Assembly: GCA_027067575.1 (NCBI GenBank)
Contig: JAMOVQ010000026.1
Span: 1 to 59,146 of the forward strand
Direction of reading: 5' to 3'
DNA length: 59,146 nt
DNA from: Thermoanaerobaculia bacterium
GTDB taxonomy: Bacteria > Acidobacteriota > Thermoanaerobaculia > Thermoanaerobaculales > Sulfomarinibacteraceae
Shown in pieces: positions 45,548-55,740 of this stretch. Every line of letters begins with the position of its first letter. Position 1 is the stretch's first letter. The notes beneath the pieces were generated by a model. It saw only the letters and a list, made by a program, of their open reading frames with translations. It ran no database searches and was not told the origin of the DNA. The translations under genes were made by a program, and so were the position numbers.

Positions 45548-46636
45548 GTGCGGGTTGCACTGGTGCACGACTGGCTGACGGGGATGCGGGGCGGGGAATG
45601 GGTGCTGGCGGAGATCGCGGCGCTCTTCCCCGAGGCGCCGATCTACACCCTGGTCCACCGGCCGGGGAGTCTGGCGCCGGAGCTGGATGGCCACCCGATC
45701 CGGGTCTCCTGGCTCCAGGGGCTCTCCCTCGGCGGGCGGAAGTGGCGGCATCTCCTGCCGCTGATGCCGGCGGCGGTGGAGTCGTTCACCTTCCCCAACG
45801 TGGATCTCGTGATCTCCACGAGCCACTGCGTCGCCAAGGGGGTGATCCCACCGCCGGGGGCGTACCACGTCAGTTACATCCACACGCCGATGCGGTACGC
45901 CTGGGACCAGCGGGACGTCTACGTCCGCCAGCTCCCCCGGCCGCTGCGGCCGCTGGTCCAGATGCGGCTGGCGCACCTGCGCCAGTGGGACCACGTCTCG
46001 GCGGCGCGGGTGGACCGGCTGCTGGCCAACTCCCGGCTGGTCGCCTGGCGGATCCGGCACTACTGGAACCGAGAGGCGGAGGTGCTGCCCCCGCCGGTGG
46101 ACACGGGGTTCTTCACGCCGGGAGGGGAGCGGGGTGACTCCTTGCTGATGGTGGCGGCTCTCGTTCCGTACAAGAGGGTGGAGCTGGCCGTGGAGGTCGC
46201 ACGGGCCCTGGGACGGCACCTCGACGTGGTGGGAACCGGCCCGCTCCTCGGGAGGCTGCGGCGGATGGCGGGACGGGATGCGACGTTCCACGGCTGGGTC
46301 GGAAGGGAACGGCTCCGGGAGCTGTACCGGCGGTCGGCCGCCCTGATCGTCCCCAACGTCGAGGACTTCGGAATGGCCTCGGTGGAGGCGCTGGCCTGCG
46401 GCACCCCGGTGGTCGGTCTGGCCGCCTCGGGAACCGCCGACGTGGTCTGGCCGGGCCGCGAGGGCGAGCTGGCCGACGCGCCGGACGCGGGCTCCCTCGC
46501 CGAGGCGGCCCGGGCGGTCCTCGACCGGGAGTGGGACCGGGAGGCGCTCAGGCGGCGCTCGGCGACGTTCTCCCGTGAGCAGTTCCGCCTGCGGTTCCTC
46601 AACCTCCTCGACCGGATCGGGTTCCAGGTGCGGTGA
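45548..46636 (+). CDS. Glycosyltransferase family 4
   Basis: VALVHDWLTGMRGGE, HTPMRYAWD, PYKR, EDFGMASVEALACGTPV. Start may be 45542. Confidence 0.9.
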   Translation: MRVALVHDWLTGMRGGEWVLAEIAALFPEAPIYTLVHRPGSLAPELDGHPIRVSWLQGLSLGGRKWRHLLPLMPAAVESFTFPNVDLVISTSHCVAKGVIPPPGAYHVSYIHTPMRYAWDQRDVYVRQLPRPLRPLVQMRLAHLRQWDHVSAARVDRLLANSRLVAWRIRHYWNREAEVLPPPVDTGFFTPGGERGDSLLMVAALVPYKRVELAVEVARALGRHLDVVGTGPLLGRLRRMAGRDATFHGWVGRERLRELYRRSAALIVPNVEDFGMASVEALACGTPVVGLAASGTADVVWPGREGELADAPDAGSLAEAARAVLDREWDREALRRRSATFSREQFRLRFLNLLDRIGFQVR

Positions 46637-46637
46637 G

Positions 46638-48032
46638 ATGATCGCCCGACGACGCCAGACCCAGGTCGCCCTCTACCTCGTCGGCGACGTGGCCGCCACG
46701 GCGGCGTCGGTGCTCGTGGCGTACTGGCTCCGGTTCGTCATCGAGATCGTCCCGGTGACCAAGGGCGTGCCCCCGCTGGCGCCGTACCTGCGCCTGATCC
46801 CGGTGACGGCGCTGCTCTGGCCCGTGGTGTTCTACTTCCAGGGCCTGTACCAGCTCCGCCGCTCCCGCTCGCGGTTCGAGGAAGCGCTGAAGGTCGTTCT
46901 CGCCGTGGCCCTGGGGACCGTCATCCTCGCCGCCGGCCTCAACTTCTACCGGGACTTCTCCTACTCGCGGCTGACCCTGGCGATTTTCGCCGGGGTGGAC
47001 ACCGTGGCCGTCGTCCTGACGCGGTGGGCCATCGCCGCGACGCTCAGGCGGATCCGCCGTTCCGGCGGCAACCTCCAGCGGGTCCTCGTGGTCGGCGCCG
47101 GGGAGCTGGGCAGGCAGGTCGTGGAACGGCTCCAGAACCACCAGGAGTACGGCTTCCGGGTGGCGGGGTTCCTGGACGACGACCCCGGCAAGCAGAAGCG
47201 GAAGATCCTCGACGTCCCCGTCCTCGGCACCACCCACGACCTGGAGACGGTGATCCTCGCGGAGGCGATCGACCAGGTCGTGCTGGCCCTGCCCCTCTCC
47301 GCCCACCACCGCACGGTGCAGCTGATCCGCCGCGCGGGCAACATGCTCGTGGAGGTCAAGGTCGTCCCCGACCTGCTCCAGTACTACGTGCTCCGGGCGG
47401 GGATCGAGGACCTGGATGGCCTGCCCGTCATCAACCTGACCCAGGTCCCGCTGGCCGGCTGGAACCAGATCGTCAAGCGGGCGTTCGATCTCGTGGGCGC
47501 CAGCCTGATCCTCCTGGGCACCTGCTGGCTGTTCCCCCTCATCGCCTGGGCGATCAAGCGCGAGGATGGGGGGCCGGTGTTCTACTCCCAGGTCCGCATG
47601 GGGCTCGACGGCCGGTCGTTCCGGATGTGGAAGTTCCGCTCCATGCGGATCGACGCCGAGGCCGACGGCCAGGCCCACTGGACGCGCAACCGGGACCCCC
47701 GCGTCACGCGGATCGGGGCGTTCCTCCGGCGCACGAACCTGGACGAGCTCCCCCAGCTGATCAACGTGATCAAGGGCGAGATGTCCCTCGTGGGTCCCAG
47801 ACCGGAGCGGCCCGAGTTCGTCGAGCGGTTCCGCGAGCGGTACCCCGAGTACATGGCCCGCCACCGGGTCCGGGCCGGGATGACCGGCTGGGCGCAGGTC
47901 AACGGCCTGCGGGGCGACACCTCCATCCGCAAGCGGATCGCCGCCGACCTCTTCTACATCGAGAACTGGTCGCTGGCGCTGGACCTCCGGATTCTCTGGA
48001 TGACCCTCCGCACGGCGTTCCGCAGACACTGA
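46638..48032 (+). CDS. Undecaprenyl-phosphate sugar phosphotransferase (WcaJ-like)
   Basis: 4 N-terminal TMs, VVGAG, KRAFD, KFRSM, DELPQL.NV..GEMSLVGPRPE, GMTGWAQVNG, YIENWS. Confidence 0.92.
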   Translation: MIARRRQTQVALYLVGDVAATAASVLVAYWLRFVIEIVPVTKGVPPLAPYLRLIPVTALLWPVVFYFQGLYQLRRSRSRFEEALKVVLAVALGTVILAAGLNFYRDFSYSRLTLAIFAGVDTVAVVLTRWAIAATLRRIRRSGGNLQRVLVVGAGELGRQVVERLQNHQEYGFRVAGFLDDDPGKQKRKILDVPVLGTTHDLETVILAEAIDQVVLALPLSAHHRTVQLIRRAGNMLVEVKVVPDLLQYYVLRAGIEDLDGLPVINLTQVPLAGWNQIVKRAFDLVGASLILLGTCWLFPLIAWAIKREDGGPVFYSQVRMGLDGRSFRMWKFRSMRIDAEADGQAHWTRNRDPRVTRIGAFLRRTNLDELPQLINVIKGEMSLVGPRPERPEFVERFRERYPEYMARHRVRAGMTGWAQVNGLRGDTSIRKRIAADLFYIENWSLALDLRILWMTLRTAFRRH

Positions 48033-48110
48033 GCCGGCGTGGACGCGGGCGGCCGGCCGGGCCTCCCGCTAAGAATCGGTGACGACGTCCGTTCCCACGG
48101 TGGAGGAACG

Positions 48111-48647
48111 ATGCCGGGGACGACGGTGGTGATGGAGGCGGCGATCGACGAGAGAGACGGGGACGGTCCGGTCCGGCTCGGGGCGCTCTACCGGGAACAC
48201 GGGCGCGCCGTCCTGCGGGCCGCGTACCGCGTGACCGGCAACCTCGCCGAGGCCGAGGACGTGCTCCAGACCGTCTTTCTCAGGCTGGCCACGCGGGGCA
48301 CGGACGGCGTCGGACGAGCGTACCTACTCCGCGCCGCGGTCAACGGCGGGCTGGACTGCCTTCGCACGCGGCGATGGGGCGACGCCGATCCGGCCGAGTC
48401 CGTGGCCCGGGCCCCCGGGCCGGACCGGCTGGCGGAGTCCGGCGCCCTCCGTGAGGCGCTTCGCGACGCGCTCGCCCGGCTCGCGCCAAGGACCGCGGAG
48501 ATGTTTCTCCTCCGGCACGTGGAGGGCCTTCCGAACAGGGAGATCGCCGCGTTGCTCGGCACCACGCCGGGCACCGTGGCCGTGACCGTCAACCGCGCCA
48601 GGGCCCAGCTGCGCGAGCTCCTGGGGGACTGGAGAGGAGAGCGATGA
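48111..48647 (+). CDS. ECF RNA polymerase sigma factor
   Basis: AEDVLQTVFLRL (region 2), LRHVEGL..REIAALLG..GTV...RAR (region 4). RBS GGAGG. Confidence 0.9.
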   Translation: MPGTTVVMEAAIDERDGDGPVRLGALYREHGRAVLRAAYRVTGNLAEAEDVLQTVFLRLATRGTDGVGRAYLLRAAVNGGLDCLRTRRWGDADPAESVARAPGPDRLAESGALREALRDALARLAPRTAEMFLLRHVEGLPNREIAALLGTTPGTVAVTVNRARAQLRELLGDWRGER

Positions 48648-51094
48648 TGTACCAGAACGATTCCGAGTTGCTCGACCGCGCCGCGGAGATGCTGGCCGGG
48701 GACCGTCCCGAACCCGAGGCGGAGGAGGCGATCCTTCGGCGGGTCGAGGCACGGGTGGCCGACTACGGGACACCCGAGGTGATCGACGGGTGCGGCGGCT
48801 TCGCGCCGCTGCTCGGACCGTACCGGCGGGGAGAGCTCCCGGAGGCCACGGTCCGGCTCGTTCGCGATCACCTCAGGGGATGTCCGGCATGCCGGAACAG
48901 GATCCGGGAGGCGGTTGTCCGTCCGCCGCTCCGGGCCGTGCAACCGCCCGCCCGCCGGATCCGGTGGTGGCGCGCTGCCGCGGCGGCGGCCCTCGTGGCG
49001 GTCGCCTGGGCCGGCTGGCGTGTGGCCACTGCGAACCCGGTCGATGCCACCGTGGCCGCCGGCCCTGGAACCGTGCACCGGCTCGCAGGCGGCCCCTCCG
49101 GACGGCTGGCGCTGGGAGACCGGATCCGGCCCGGCGACCGGGTTCGGATCGGCCGGGAGGGTGGCGCGCTGCTGTCCCTGGCCGACGGCTCCACGGTGGA
49201 GCTCGCACCGGGAACCGAGATCGTCCTCGCCCGGTTGCGGCGCGAAATCGGGGTCGCTCACGGCGCAGTCCTGGTTCATGCGGCGCCCCAGCTCCGGGGA
49301 CGGCTGCACGTCCGCACCCGGGACTGCGGCGTCACGGTCCACGGGACGACGTTCGTCGTGGAGGCCGGACTCGCCGGCTCGCGCGTCGGCGTGGTGGAAG
49401 GGGAGGTCGCCGTCCGCCACGGCAACCGTCGGACGCTGCTCGAACCCGGACAGACCCTCCGGACCGGTCCGGCCGCCGCGGCCGAACCAGTGGTGGAGCA
49501 GGTGGCGTGGAGCCGGGATGCCGACCGGTACCGGGCGATGCTCCGGGAGCTCGCCGCGTTCCAGCGCGAGGTGGCCGAGCGGGCACGGCCGTTCGGCGTC
49601 CGGTACCGGTCGCGGCTCGCCAGACTGATGCCGGAGAACACGGTCCTGTTCCTGACGGCGCCCGACCTGCCTTCCCGCGCCGCGGCGATCCGGGAGACGC
49701 TGGAGCACCGTCTGGAGACGAGCGAGACGCTGGCCCGCTGGTGGCGGGAAACCATCGCCGCGAACGGCGAAGGGGACGAGGTCATGGCGATGCTGGGCTG
49801 GTTCGAGGCGCTGGGCCGGGCGCTCGGCGAGGAAGGCGCCATTGCGGTGACCGGCGGCGAGGCGCCGGAGACGGGCGCCACGTTGCTGGCGGCCGAGGTC
49901 CGGGATCCCGCGGCCCTCGCCGGCCTGCTGGAGAACGGACCGTGGACGGACGGAGACGAGGCTCCGGCGCTCGTCCTGCTGGACGACGCCTCCGCCGCGG
50001 TGGAGCATGCCGCCGCGGTTCAAGTCGTGCTGGTCGACGATCTCCTCCTGGCCTCCCGCGAGGGCCGCCTGCTCCGGGAGGCGGCGGCGCGGGCATCGGG
50101 GACGGTTCCGCCCGTCTTTCCGGACACGCCGCTCGGCCGCGCGGTGGCCTCGGCGTACGCCCGGGGCGTCACCTGGCTCGCCGGCCTCGACGGCGCCGTT
50201 CTGCGGGGCGACTCCACCGGGGAGGAGCTTCCGGTGCTCGAGCGCCTCGGAGTCGCCAACGCACGGACCCTCGTGCTGCGGCTGAGCGAGACCGATGGCC
50301 TGGAGGGGGTCGCCGCCTTCGATGGGCCCCGGGCGGGCGCGGCGGCGTGGCTCGCCCCGCCGGGACCGATGGGATCCCTGGAGTTCGTCTCCCCGCGAAC
50401 CGTACTGGCAGCGGCCGCCCTGACCCGGGAGGGCGCCGCCATCGTGGACGACGTGCTGGCGATCCTCGCCGCGGTGGACCCGGACCTGCCCGGGGAGCTC
50501 CGCCGGTTCGAGGCGGAGCACGGGATCGATGTGCACTCCGACCTCGGGGGGCCTCTGGGCGGCGAGGTGGCGCTGGCGCTGGACACACCGCTCCTGCCCG
50601 TCCCGTCGTGGAAGCTCGTGGTGGAGGTCCGGGACCCTGCCACGCTGGAGGCCACCATCGAGCGGCTCGTCGCCCAGCTCGCAGCCGGGGAGGGTGAGGC
50701 ACCGACGGTCCGGGAGCTGCCCGGCGAACCGGGCTGGCACGCTCTCGTCTGCGGCGACCGGACCCTGGCCGTGTGGACGTACGCCGGCGGATACCTGGTG
50801 GCCGGACCGGCCGCCGGCGTGGTGCACGACGCCCTCGACCTGTGGCGGACGGGGAGCGGCTTGCCGGCCTCCGCCGCGTTCCGCGACCTCCTGCCGCCCG
50901 ACGCCCCGCTGGACTGTTCGGCGGTGGTGTACCACGACCTCGACGCCGTGAACGGCGCGCTCGGGATCGTGGACGACCCCGACATCGCTCCGTTGATCGC
51001 GTTGCTCCCCGCCGGCCCTGGAGTTGTTGCGGCGTACGGGGAGCAGGACGCCATCGTGGTGCGGGCCGCGCCCCGGGGGAGCACGGACCGGTGA
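48644..51094 (+). CDS. Zinc-binding anti-sigma factor with TM, FecR domain and a large C-terminal periplasmic domain
   Basis: HLRGCPAC (Hx3Cx2C), TM after RRIRWW, FecR-like LADGSTVEL..V.VHGTTF.V..VVEGEV. ATGA overlap with the sigma gene. Confidence 0.82.
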   Translation: MMYQNDSELLDRAAEMLAGDRPEPEAEEAILRRVEARVADYGTPEVIDGCGGFAPLLGPYRRGELPEATVRLVRDHLRGCPACRNRIREAVVRPPLRAVQPPARRIRWWRAAAAAALVAVAWAGWRVATANPVDATVAAGPGTVHRLAGGPSGRLALGDRIRPGDRVRIGREGGALLSLADGSTVELAPGTEIVLARLRREIGVAHGAVLVHAAPQLRGRLHVRTRDCGVTVHGTTFVVEAGLAGSRVGVVEGEVAVRHGNRRTLLEPGQTLRTGPAAAAEPVVEQVAWSRDADRYRAMLRELAAFQREVAERARPFGVRYRSRLARLMPENTVLFLTAPDLPSRAAAIRETLEHRLETSETLARWWRETIAANGEGDEVMAMLGWFEALGRALGEEGAIAVTGGEAPETGATLLAAEVRDPAALAGLLENGPWTDGDEAPALVLLDDASAAVEHAAAVQVVLVDDLLLASREGRLLREAAARASGTVPPVFPDTPLGRAVASAYARGVTWLAGLDGAVLRGDSTGEELPVLERLGVANARTLVLRLSETDGLEGVAAFDGPRAGAAAWLAPPGPMGSLEFVSPRTVLAAAALTREGAAIVDDVLAILAAVDPDLPGELRRFEAEHGIDVHSDLGGPLGGEVALALDTPLLPVPSWKLVVEVRDPATLEATIERLVAQLAAGEGEAPTVRELPGEPGWHALVCGDRTLAVWTYAGGYLVAGPAAGVVHDALDLWRTGSGLPASAAFRDLLPPDAPLDCSAVVYHDLDAVNGALGIVDDPDIAPLIALLPAGPGVVAAYGEQDAIVVRAAPRGSTDR

Positions 51095-51140
51095 CCCCAT
51101 GGCGGCCGGACCGGTTCCGGAGACCCCGTATGATCGGTCC

Positions 51141-52073
51141 ATGACCGGTTCCGGGGGATCCGCGCCCCTTGTGGAGCTGGACGGGCTGACCGTCCGGCTG
51201 GGTGGACGGACGGTGCTCGACGCCGTCACGGCCCGGCTCGACGGCAGGGCGGTGGGCCTTCTCGGCCCCAACGGCGCCGGGAAGACCACGCTGATCCGGA
51301 CACTGCTCGGGTTCCATCGCCCCGCAGCCGGAAAGGCGGCGGTCCTCGGGCTCCCCGTGGGCTCCGGCGCCGCCCTGGCCCGGCGGATCGGGTACATGCC
51401 CGAGCACGAGGCGTTCATCGCGGGCATGACCGGCGTCCGCCTCGTCCGGATGCTGGCCGAGCTGTCCGGCCTCGACCGGCGCGAAGCGCTGGAGCGTGCC
51501 CACGAGGCGCTGGTGTGGGCGGGCCTCGGCGAGGCCCGGTACCGCACGGTGGAGACGTACTCGGCCGGGATGCGCCAGCTCCTCAAGCTCGCCCAGGCGG
51601 TGGTCCATCGGCCGCAGCTCCTGATCCTCGACGAGCCGACCAACGCCCTCGACCCCCCGGCCCGCCGCCGGATGCTGGAGCTCGTGGAGCACCTCCGCGA
51701 CACGGAGGGCGTGCGCGTGCTGCTTTCGTCCCACATGCTGCCCGACGTGGAACGGCTGTGCGACCAGGTGATGATCCTCCGTGAGGGCCGGCCCGCCGCC
51801 GTGCTCGACCTGGCCGCCGAACGCCGCGAAGCGCGGGGACTCTGGGTCGTCGAGGTCTCCGGAGACGAGGCCGCCTTCGCAACCGCCGCCGCGGCGGTCG
51901 GGTTCGGTGTCGCGCGGTCCGGCCGGCGGCTCCGGGTGACGGCCGCGGGCGGGCCCGGTCCCGCGGAGCTGTTTGCGGCCGCGGACCGGACCGGCACGGC
52001 GGTCGTCCGCCTGGAGGCGCGCCGGGATTCCCTGCGGGACATCTACCTCGAGGCGATGGGAGAGCTGCCGTGA
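51141..52073 (+). CDS. ABC exporter ATP-binding protein
   Basis: GPNGAGKT, YSAGMRQ, LILDEP, SSH. Start 51141 is preceded by TATGAT (alternative ATG 51099). Confidence 0.92.
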   Translation: MTGSGGSAPLVELDGLTVRLGGRTVLDAVTARLDGRAVGLLGPNGAGKTTLIRTLLGFHRPAAGKAAVLGLPVGSGAALARRIGYMPEHEAFIAGMTGVRLVRMLAELSGLDRREALERAHEALVWAGLGEARYRTVETYSAGMRQLLKLAQAVVHRPQLLILDEPTNALDPPARRRMLELVEHLRDTEGVRVLLSSHMLPDVERLCDQVMILREGRPAAVLDLAAERREARGLWVVEVSGDEAAFATAAAAVGFGVARSGRRLRVTAAGGPGPAELFAAADRTGTAVVRLEARRDSLRDIYLEAMGELP

Positions 52074-52891
52074 GGCGGCGGTCCCTCCCTCCGTCCCTCG
52101 TCGTCGCGCGGTACGCCGTGGCCCGGATGCTGGCGGGCCGCCGGTTCCGGCAGGCGTACATCCTCGCCCTGGCTCCGCCGACCGTTGCTCTGGCCATCCT
52201 CTACGTTCTCTCCAGCGCTCCGCTGATCGAACAGCTCGGCATCCGTGGACCCGCCGCGGGAGACGCCGCCCTCGCAGTCTTTCGCGCCCTCTTCCGCTGG
52301 CAGGCGTTCGCCGCCTTCGTGCTCGCGGCGCTGGGCGGCCCCGAGATCGTCAGCCCGGACCTCGTGGACGGGGGGCTCCCCCTCCTCCTGGCCCGGCCGC
52401 TCGGACGGTGGGGGTACGTCCGCGGCAAGGTCGGCGGCGTGATGGCGCTGCTGGCGCCCGTGACATGGGGGTCGGGGCTGCTCGTCTGGCTCCTGGCGGC
52501 CGGCCTGTTGAGCGACGGCTGGTGGCGGGGCCACCTGGCCGTGGCGGGCGCCATCTTGGGGGGGCACATCCTCTGGACCGCCGAGCTCGCGCTGCTCGTC
52601 CTGGCGACCTCCGCATGGGTCCGCAACCGGTCGGCCGCCCAGGGCCTGATGCTGGGGATCCTGATGGTGCTGACCTCCGTGGGGGCGATCTCGGCACAGG
52701 TGCTGCACAACGAGCTCCTGACGCTCGTCTCGCCCCCCATGGCCGTGGCCGCCCTGGTCGCTCCTGCGCTCGGGAGCACCCGGGTGCCCGCCGGTCTCGG
52801 GCCGGCGGCCTGCCTTGCCAGCGCGACCCTGGTCGCCATCTGCCTCGCCGTGCTCATGGCCCGCCTCCGGGCCGCGGAGGTCGTCCGGTGA
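52070..52891 (+). CDS. ABC-2-type permease
   Basis: ~6 TMs. SPDL..G.LPLLLARPL.R..YV.GK motif. GTGA overlap. Confidence 0.82.
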   Translation: MRRRSLPPSLVVARYAVARMLAGRRFRQAYILALAPPTVALAILYVLSSAPLIEQLGIRGPAAGDAALAVFRALFRWQAFAAFVLAALGGPEIVSPDLVDGGLPLLLARPLGRWGYVRGKVGGVMALLAPVTWGSGLLVWLLAAGLLSDGWWRGHLAVAGAILGGHILWTAELALLVLATSAWVRNRSAAQGLMLGILMVLTSVGAISAQVLHNELLTLVSPPMAVAALVAPALGSTRVPAGLGPAACLASATLVAICLAVLMARLRAAEVVR

Positions 52892-53826
52892 CCATCGTCT
52901 CCTTCGCCGGGGTCTCGCGGTTCTACGGGGAGGTCCTCGGTGTGGCCGGGATCGACCTCTCCATCGGACCGGGGATCACCGGCCTCGTCGGCCCGAACGG
53001 CGCCGGCAAGAGCACGCTACTCGGCCTGGCTGCGGCGCTCCTGCGGCCGGACCGGGGCGAGGTTCGCGTCGGCGGGATCCCCACCACGAAACCCGGGGGG
53101 CTGCTGCGGCTGGTTGGCGCCTGCCCTCAGCGTCTGGCGTTCCCGCCCTGGGCGACGGGGATCGGGCTGCTGGAGGAGGCAGCGTCGCTGGCCGGGCTCC
53201 CACGCCGGGCCGCCCGGCGCCGGGCCGGGGCGGTGCTGGCGCGCGTGGGCCTGGAGGAGGCCGGCCCCCGGCGGGCCGCCGGGTACAGCAAGGGGATGCA
53301 GCAACGGCTCAAGGTCGCGCGGGCGCTGGTCCACGACCCGCCCGTGCTGCTCCTCGACGAGCCGCTGGACGGCCTGGACCCGGTGGGCCGGGAGTGGATG
53401 ATGCACCTGATGCGCGAGCGGGCCGACGCCGGCGGGACCGTGGTGGTTTCGACCCACGTGCTCCACGAGGTCGAGGCCATCGCCGACCGGGTGGTGTTCG
53501 TCGCGGACGGGAGGGTGGTGGCCTCGGGAGCGCTCGGCGAGGTCCGGGAGACGATCCGGTCCGAGCCGGCCCGGTATCGGGTCGTCTGTGGAGCCCCACG
53601 GGAGCTGGCGGCCACCCTCGTCGTCCGGGAGGGTACGGTGTCGGTAGGCGTCGAGCCCGGGGAGGGCGCGGTGCTCGTCCGCACCTTCGATCAGGATGGC
53701 CTCCTCGCCGCAGTGACCCGTCTCGCCGCCGCCGGTCGTTTCGGAATCACCGGTGTGGCTCCAGTCGACCGTGACGCCGAGTCGGTCTACGCCTACGTCA
53801 TGGCGGAGAGGGGAAGGAGCCGGTGA
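52888..53826 (+). CDS. ABC exporter ATP-binding protein
   Basis: GPNGAGKS, YSKGMQQR, LLLDEP, STH. Confidence 0.92.
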   Translation: MTIVSFAGVSRFYGEVLGVAGIDLSIGPGITGLVGPNGAGKSTLLGLAAALLRPDRGEVRVGGIPTTKPGGLLRLVGACPQRLAFPPWATGIGLLEEAASLAGLPRRAARRRAGAVLARVGLEEAGPRRAAGYSKGMQQRLKVARALVHDPPVLLLDEPLDGLDPVGREWMMHLMRERADAGGTVVVSTHVLHEVEAIADRVVFVADGRVVASGALGEVRETIRSEPARYRVVCGAPRELAATLVVREGTVSVGVEPGEGAVLVRTFDQDGLLAAVTRLAAAGRFGITGVAPVDRDAESVYAYVMAERGRSR

Positions 53827-54617
53827 GCGGCGGCCTCCCCGTTCCGGCGTTGGCGGCGCTCATCCGGGCCGAGCTCCGAAGGGCTCTGACCACGCGGCGC
53901 GGGGCAACACTGTTCCTCGCCGCCGCCGCCCCCGTGCTCCTGGCCGGGCTCCGCGCCCTCTCGACCGGCGGCGGAGCGGCCGCGGCCCTGACGAGCCAGA
54001 CCTCCCAGGTTCTCCACCTCGTCCTGCTCCGCTCCGCCCTGGTGCTCGGTACCGCGGACATGCTGGCCAAGCTGTTCTCCGCGGACCGCCAGGAAGGGAC
54101 CCTGGCCCACCTCCTCCTGGCACCGCTGCCCAGGGCGGCGCTGGTCCTCGGGCGGTTTGCCGGAGCCGCCGCCGCCGTGGCCGCGGCGTTTTCCGCGTCC
54201 CTCGTCCTGACCGCCGCGCTCCTCGCCGTGCCCGCCGCCCGGGCGGGGATGCCGGTGGCTGCCACCGTGGCCGGCACCGTCGCGGGCTACCTCCCCGCCG
54301 TGGCGGCCGGGACCGTGGCGTACGGGGCCGTGTTCCTCCTCCTCGGTCTCCTGCTCCGTACTCCGGCGATCCCGATCCTCCTGATCTACGGCTGGGAGCT
54401 GCTCGTCCCGTTCCTGCCCACGGGGCTCAAGGCGTGGAGCCTCGCGTACCACGTCGGCGCCCTGGCGCCGCCACTCCTGGTCCACTCGACCCTCGAGGTC
54501 GTCGCCGCGCCCGAGAACCCAGTCCTCGCCGTTGCCGTCCTCGTCGCCGTGTCCATCCTGGCGCTGGCCGCCGCCGCCCGCCTCGCCCGCCGGCTGGAGG
54601 CCACCCCCTCGGCGTGA
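53823..54617 (+). CDS. ABC-2-type permease
   Basis: ~6 TMs. DRQEGTL.HLLLAPLPR..LVLGR motif. GTGA overlap. Confidence 0.82.
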   Translation: MSGGLPVPALAALIRAELRRALTTRRGATLFLAAAAPVLLAGLRALSTGGGAAAALTSQTSQVLHLVLLRSALVLGTADMLAKLFSADRQEGTLAHLLLAPLPRAALVLGRFAGAAAAVAAAFSASLVLTAALLAVPAARAGMPVAATVAGTVAGYLPAVAAGTVAYGAVFLLLGLLLRTPAIPILLIYGWELLVPFLPTGLKAWSLAYHVGALAPPLLVHSTLEVVAAPENPVLAVAVLVAVSILALAAAARLARRLEATPSA

Positions 54618-54621
54618 ACGC

Positions 54622-55740
54622 TCACGTCCCGGCGACCTCCCGCACGAGCTCCCGCCACGCCGCCACGGCGGCCTCCCAGCCGAGGGCGGGGGCGCGTTCG
54701 AGGGCGGCGGCCCGGAGGCGGTCGCGTTCCGCGGGCTCCAGGGCGCGGCGGATGGCGGCGGCCAGCGCCCCGGGGTCGTGGACCGGGGCGGTCAGCGCCG
54801 CGCCGCCGGCGACCTCGAGCAGGGCAGGCGTCTCGGTGACCACCACGGGCGCGCCGCACCGGAGCGCCTCGGCCACCGGGAGGCCGAACCCCTCCGCCTC
54901 GCTGGCCAAGACGAACGCCTCCGCCGAGCGGTAGAGCGCCGGCAGGTCAGCGTCGGGGACGCGACCGGGCAGGTGGATCCGGCCGGCCAGGGGGGAGCGG
55001 GCGATCCGTGCGAGGATCGGGCCGGTCCCCCACCCGGGACCGCCCGCCAGCACGAGGTCGGGGGCGCCCGGGCCGGACTCCGCGATCCGCTCCCACGCTG
55101 CCACGAGGTCGAGGATCCCCTTCCGCGGCTCCAGCGTGCCCACGTGGAGCAGGTAGGGCCGTCCCCCGGCGTAGCGGGCGCGGATCCGCTCCGCCTCGCC
55201 CGGCGCCGCCTCGGGGGAGAACCGCGGGTCGGCGCCCTCGCCGATGACCCGGACACGGTCCACGGCCCACGGGAACGCGCGAACCAGCTCGTCCCGCGTG
55301 GCACACGACGGGACCACCACGGCCGAGGCGCCCGCCAGGGAATCCTCGACCCACGCGTTGAAGCAGAACCGGTTCTTCAGCGTGTGGCGGTCGGGCAGCA
55401 GCCGGGGGGTCAGGTCGTGGACCACCACGATGGACGGCACCGGACAGCGCCGCGGCGCCACGGCCAGGCTGGCGACGAAGAGGTTCGCCCCAAGGCCCCG
55501 GAGCTGGCCCGGAACGAGCCACTGGAGCCAGAGCGATCCCGGGAGCCGCACCGGGGGCGGCGCCACGGCCGATGCACCGGCCTCCGCCAGCGGCGCGGGG
55601 AGGTCCTCAAGCGGCGCGGGGGTCAGTAGCTCGACCCGCCACCCCGGCGTGGCGGCGAGCCCCGCCATGATCTGGACCGTCCACGTCCCGACCCCGGTGC
55701 GGGGGCCGAGGAGCGCCCTCGCGTCACACGCGATATTCAT
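54622..55740 (-). CDS. Glycosyltransferase family 4
   Basis: IACDAR..RTGVG, VVHDL, GTLEPRKG, EGFGLPVAEAL. Confidence 0.9.
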   Translation of the reverse strand: MNIACDARALLGPRTGVGTWTVQIMAGLAATPGWRVELLTPAPLEDLPAPLAEAGASAVAPPPVRLPGSLWLQWLVPGQLRGLGANLFVASLAVAPRRCPVPSIVVVHDLTPRLLPDRHTLKNRFCFNAWVEDSLAGASAVVVPSCATRDELVRAFPWAVDRVRVIGEGADPRFSPEAAPGEAERIRARYAGGRPYLLHVGTLEPRKGILDLVAAWERIAESGPGAPDLVLAGGPGWGTGPILARIARSPLAGRIHLPGRVPDADLPALYRSAEAFVLASEAEGFGLPVAEALRCGAPVVVTETPALLEVAGGAALTAPVHDPGALAAAIRRALEPAERDRLRAAALERAPALGWEAAVAAWRELVREVAGT

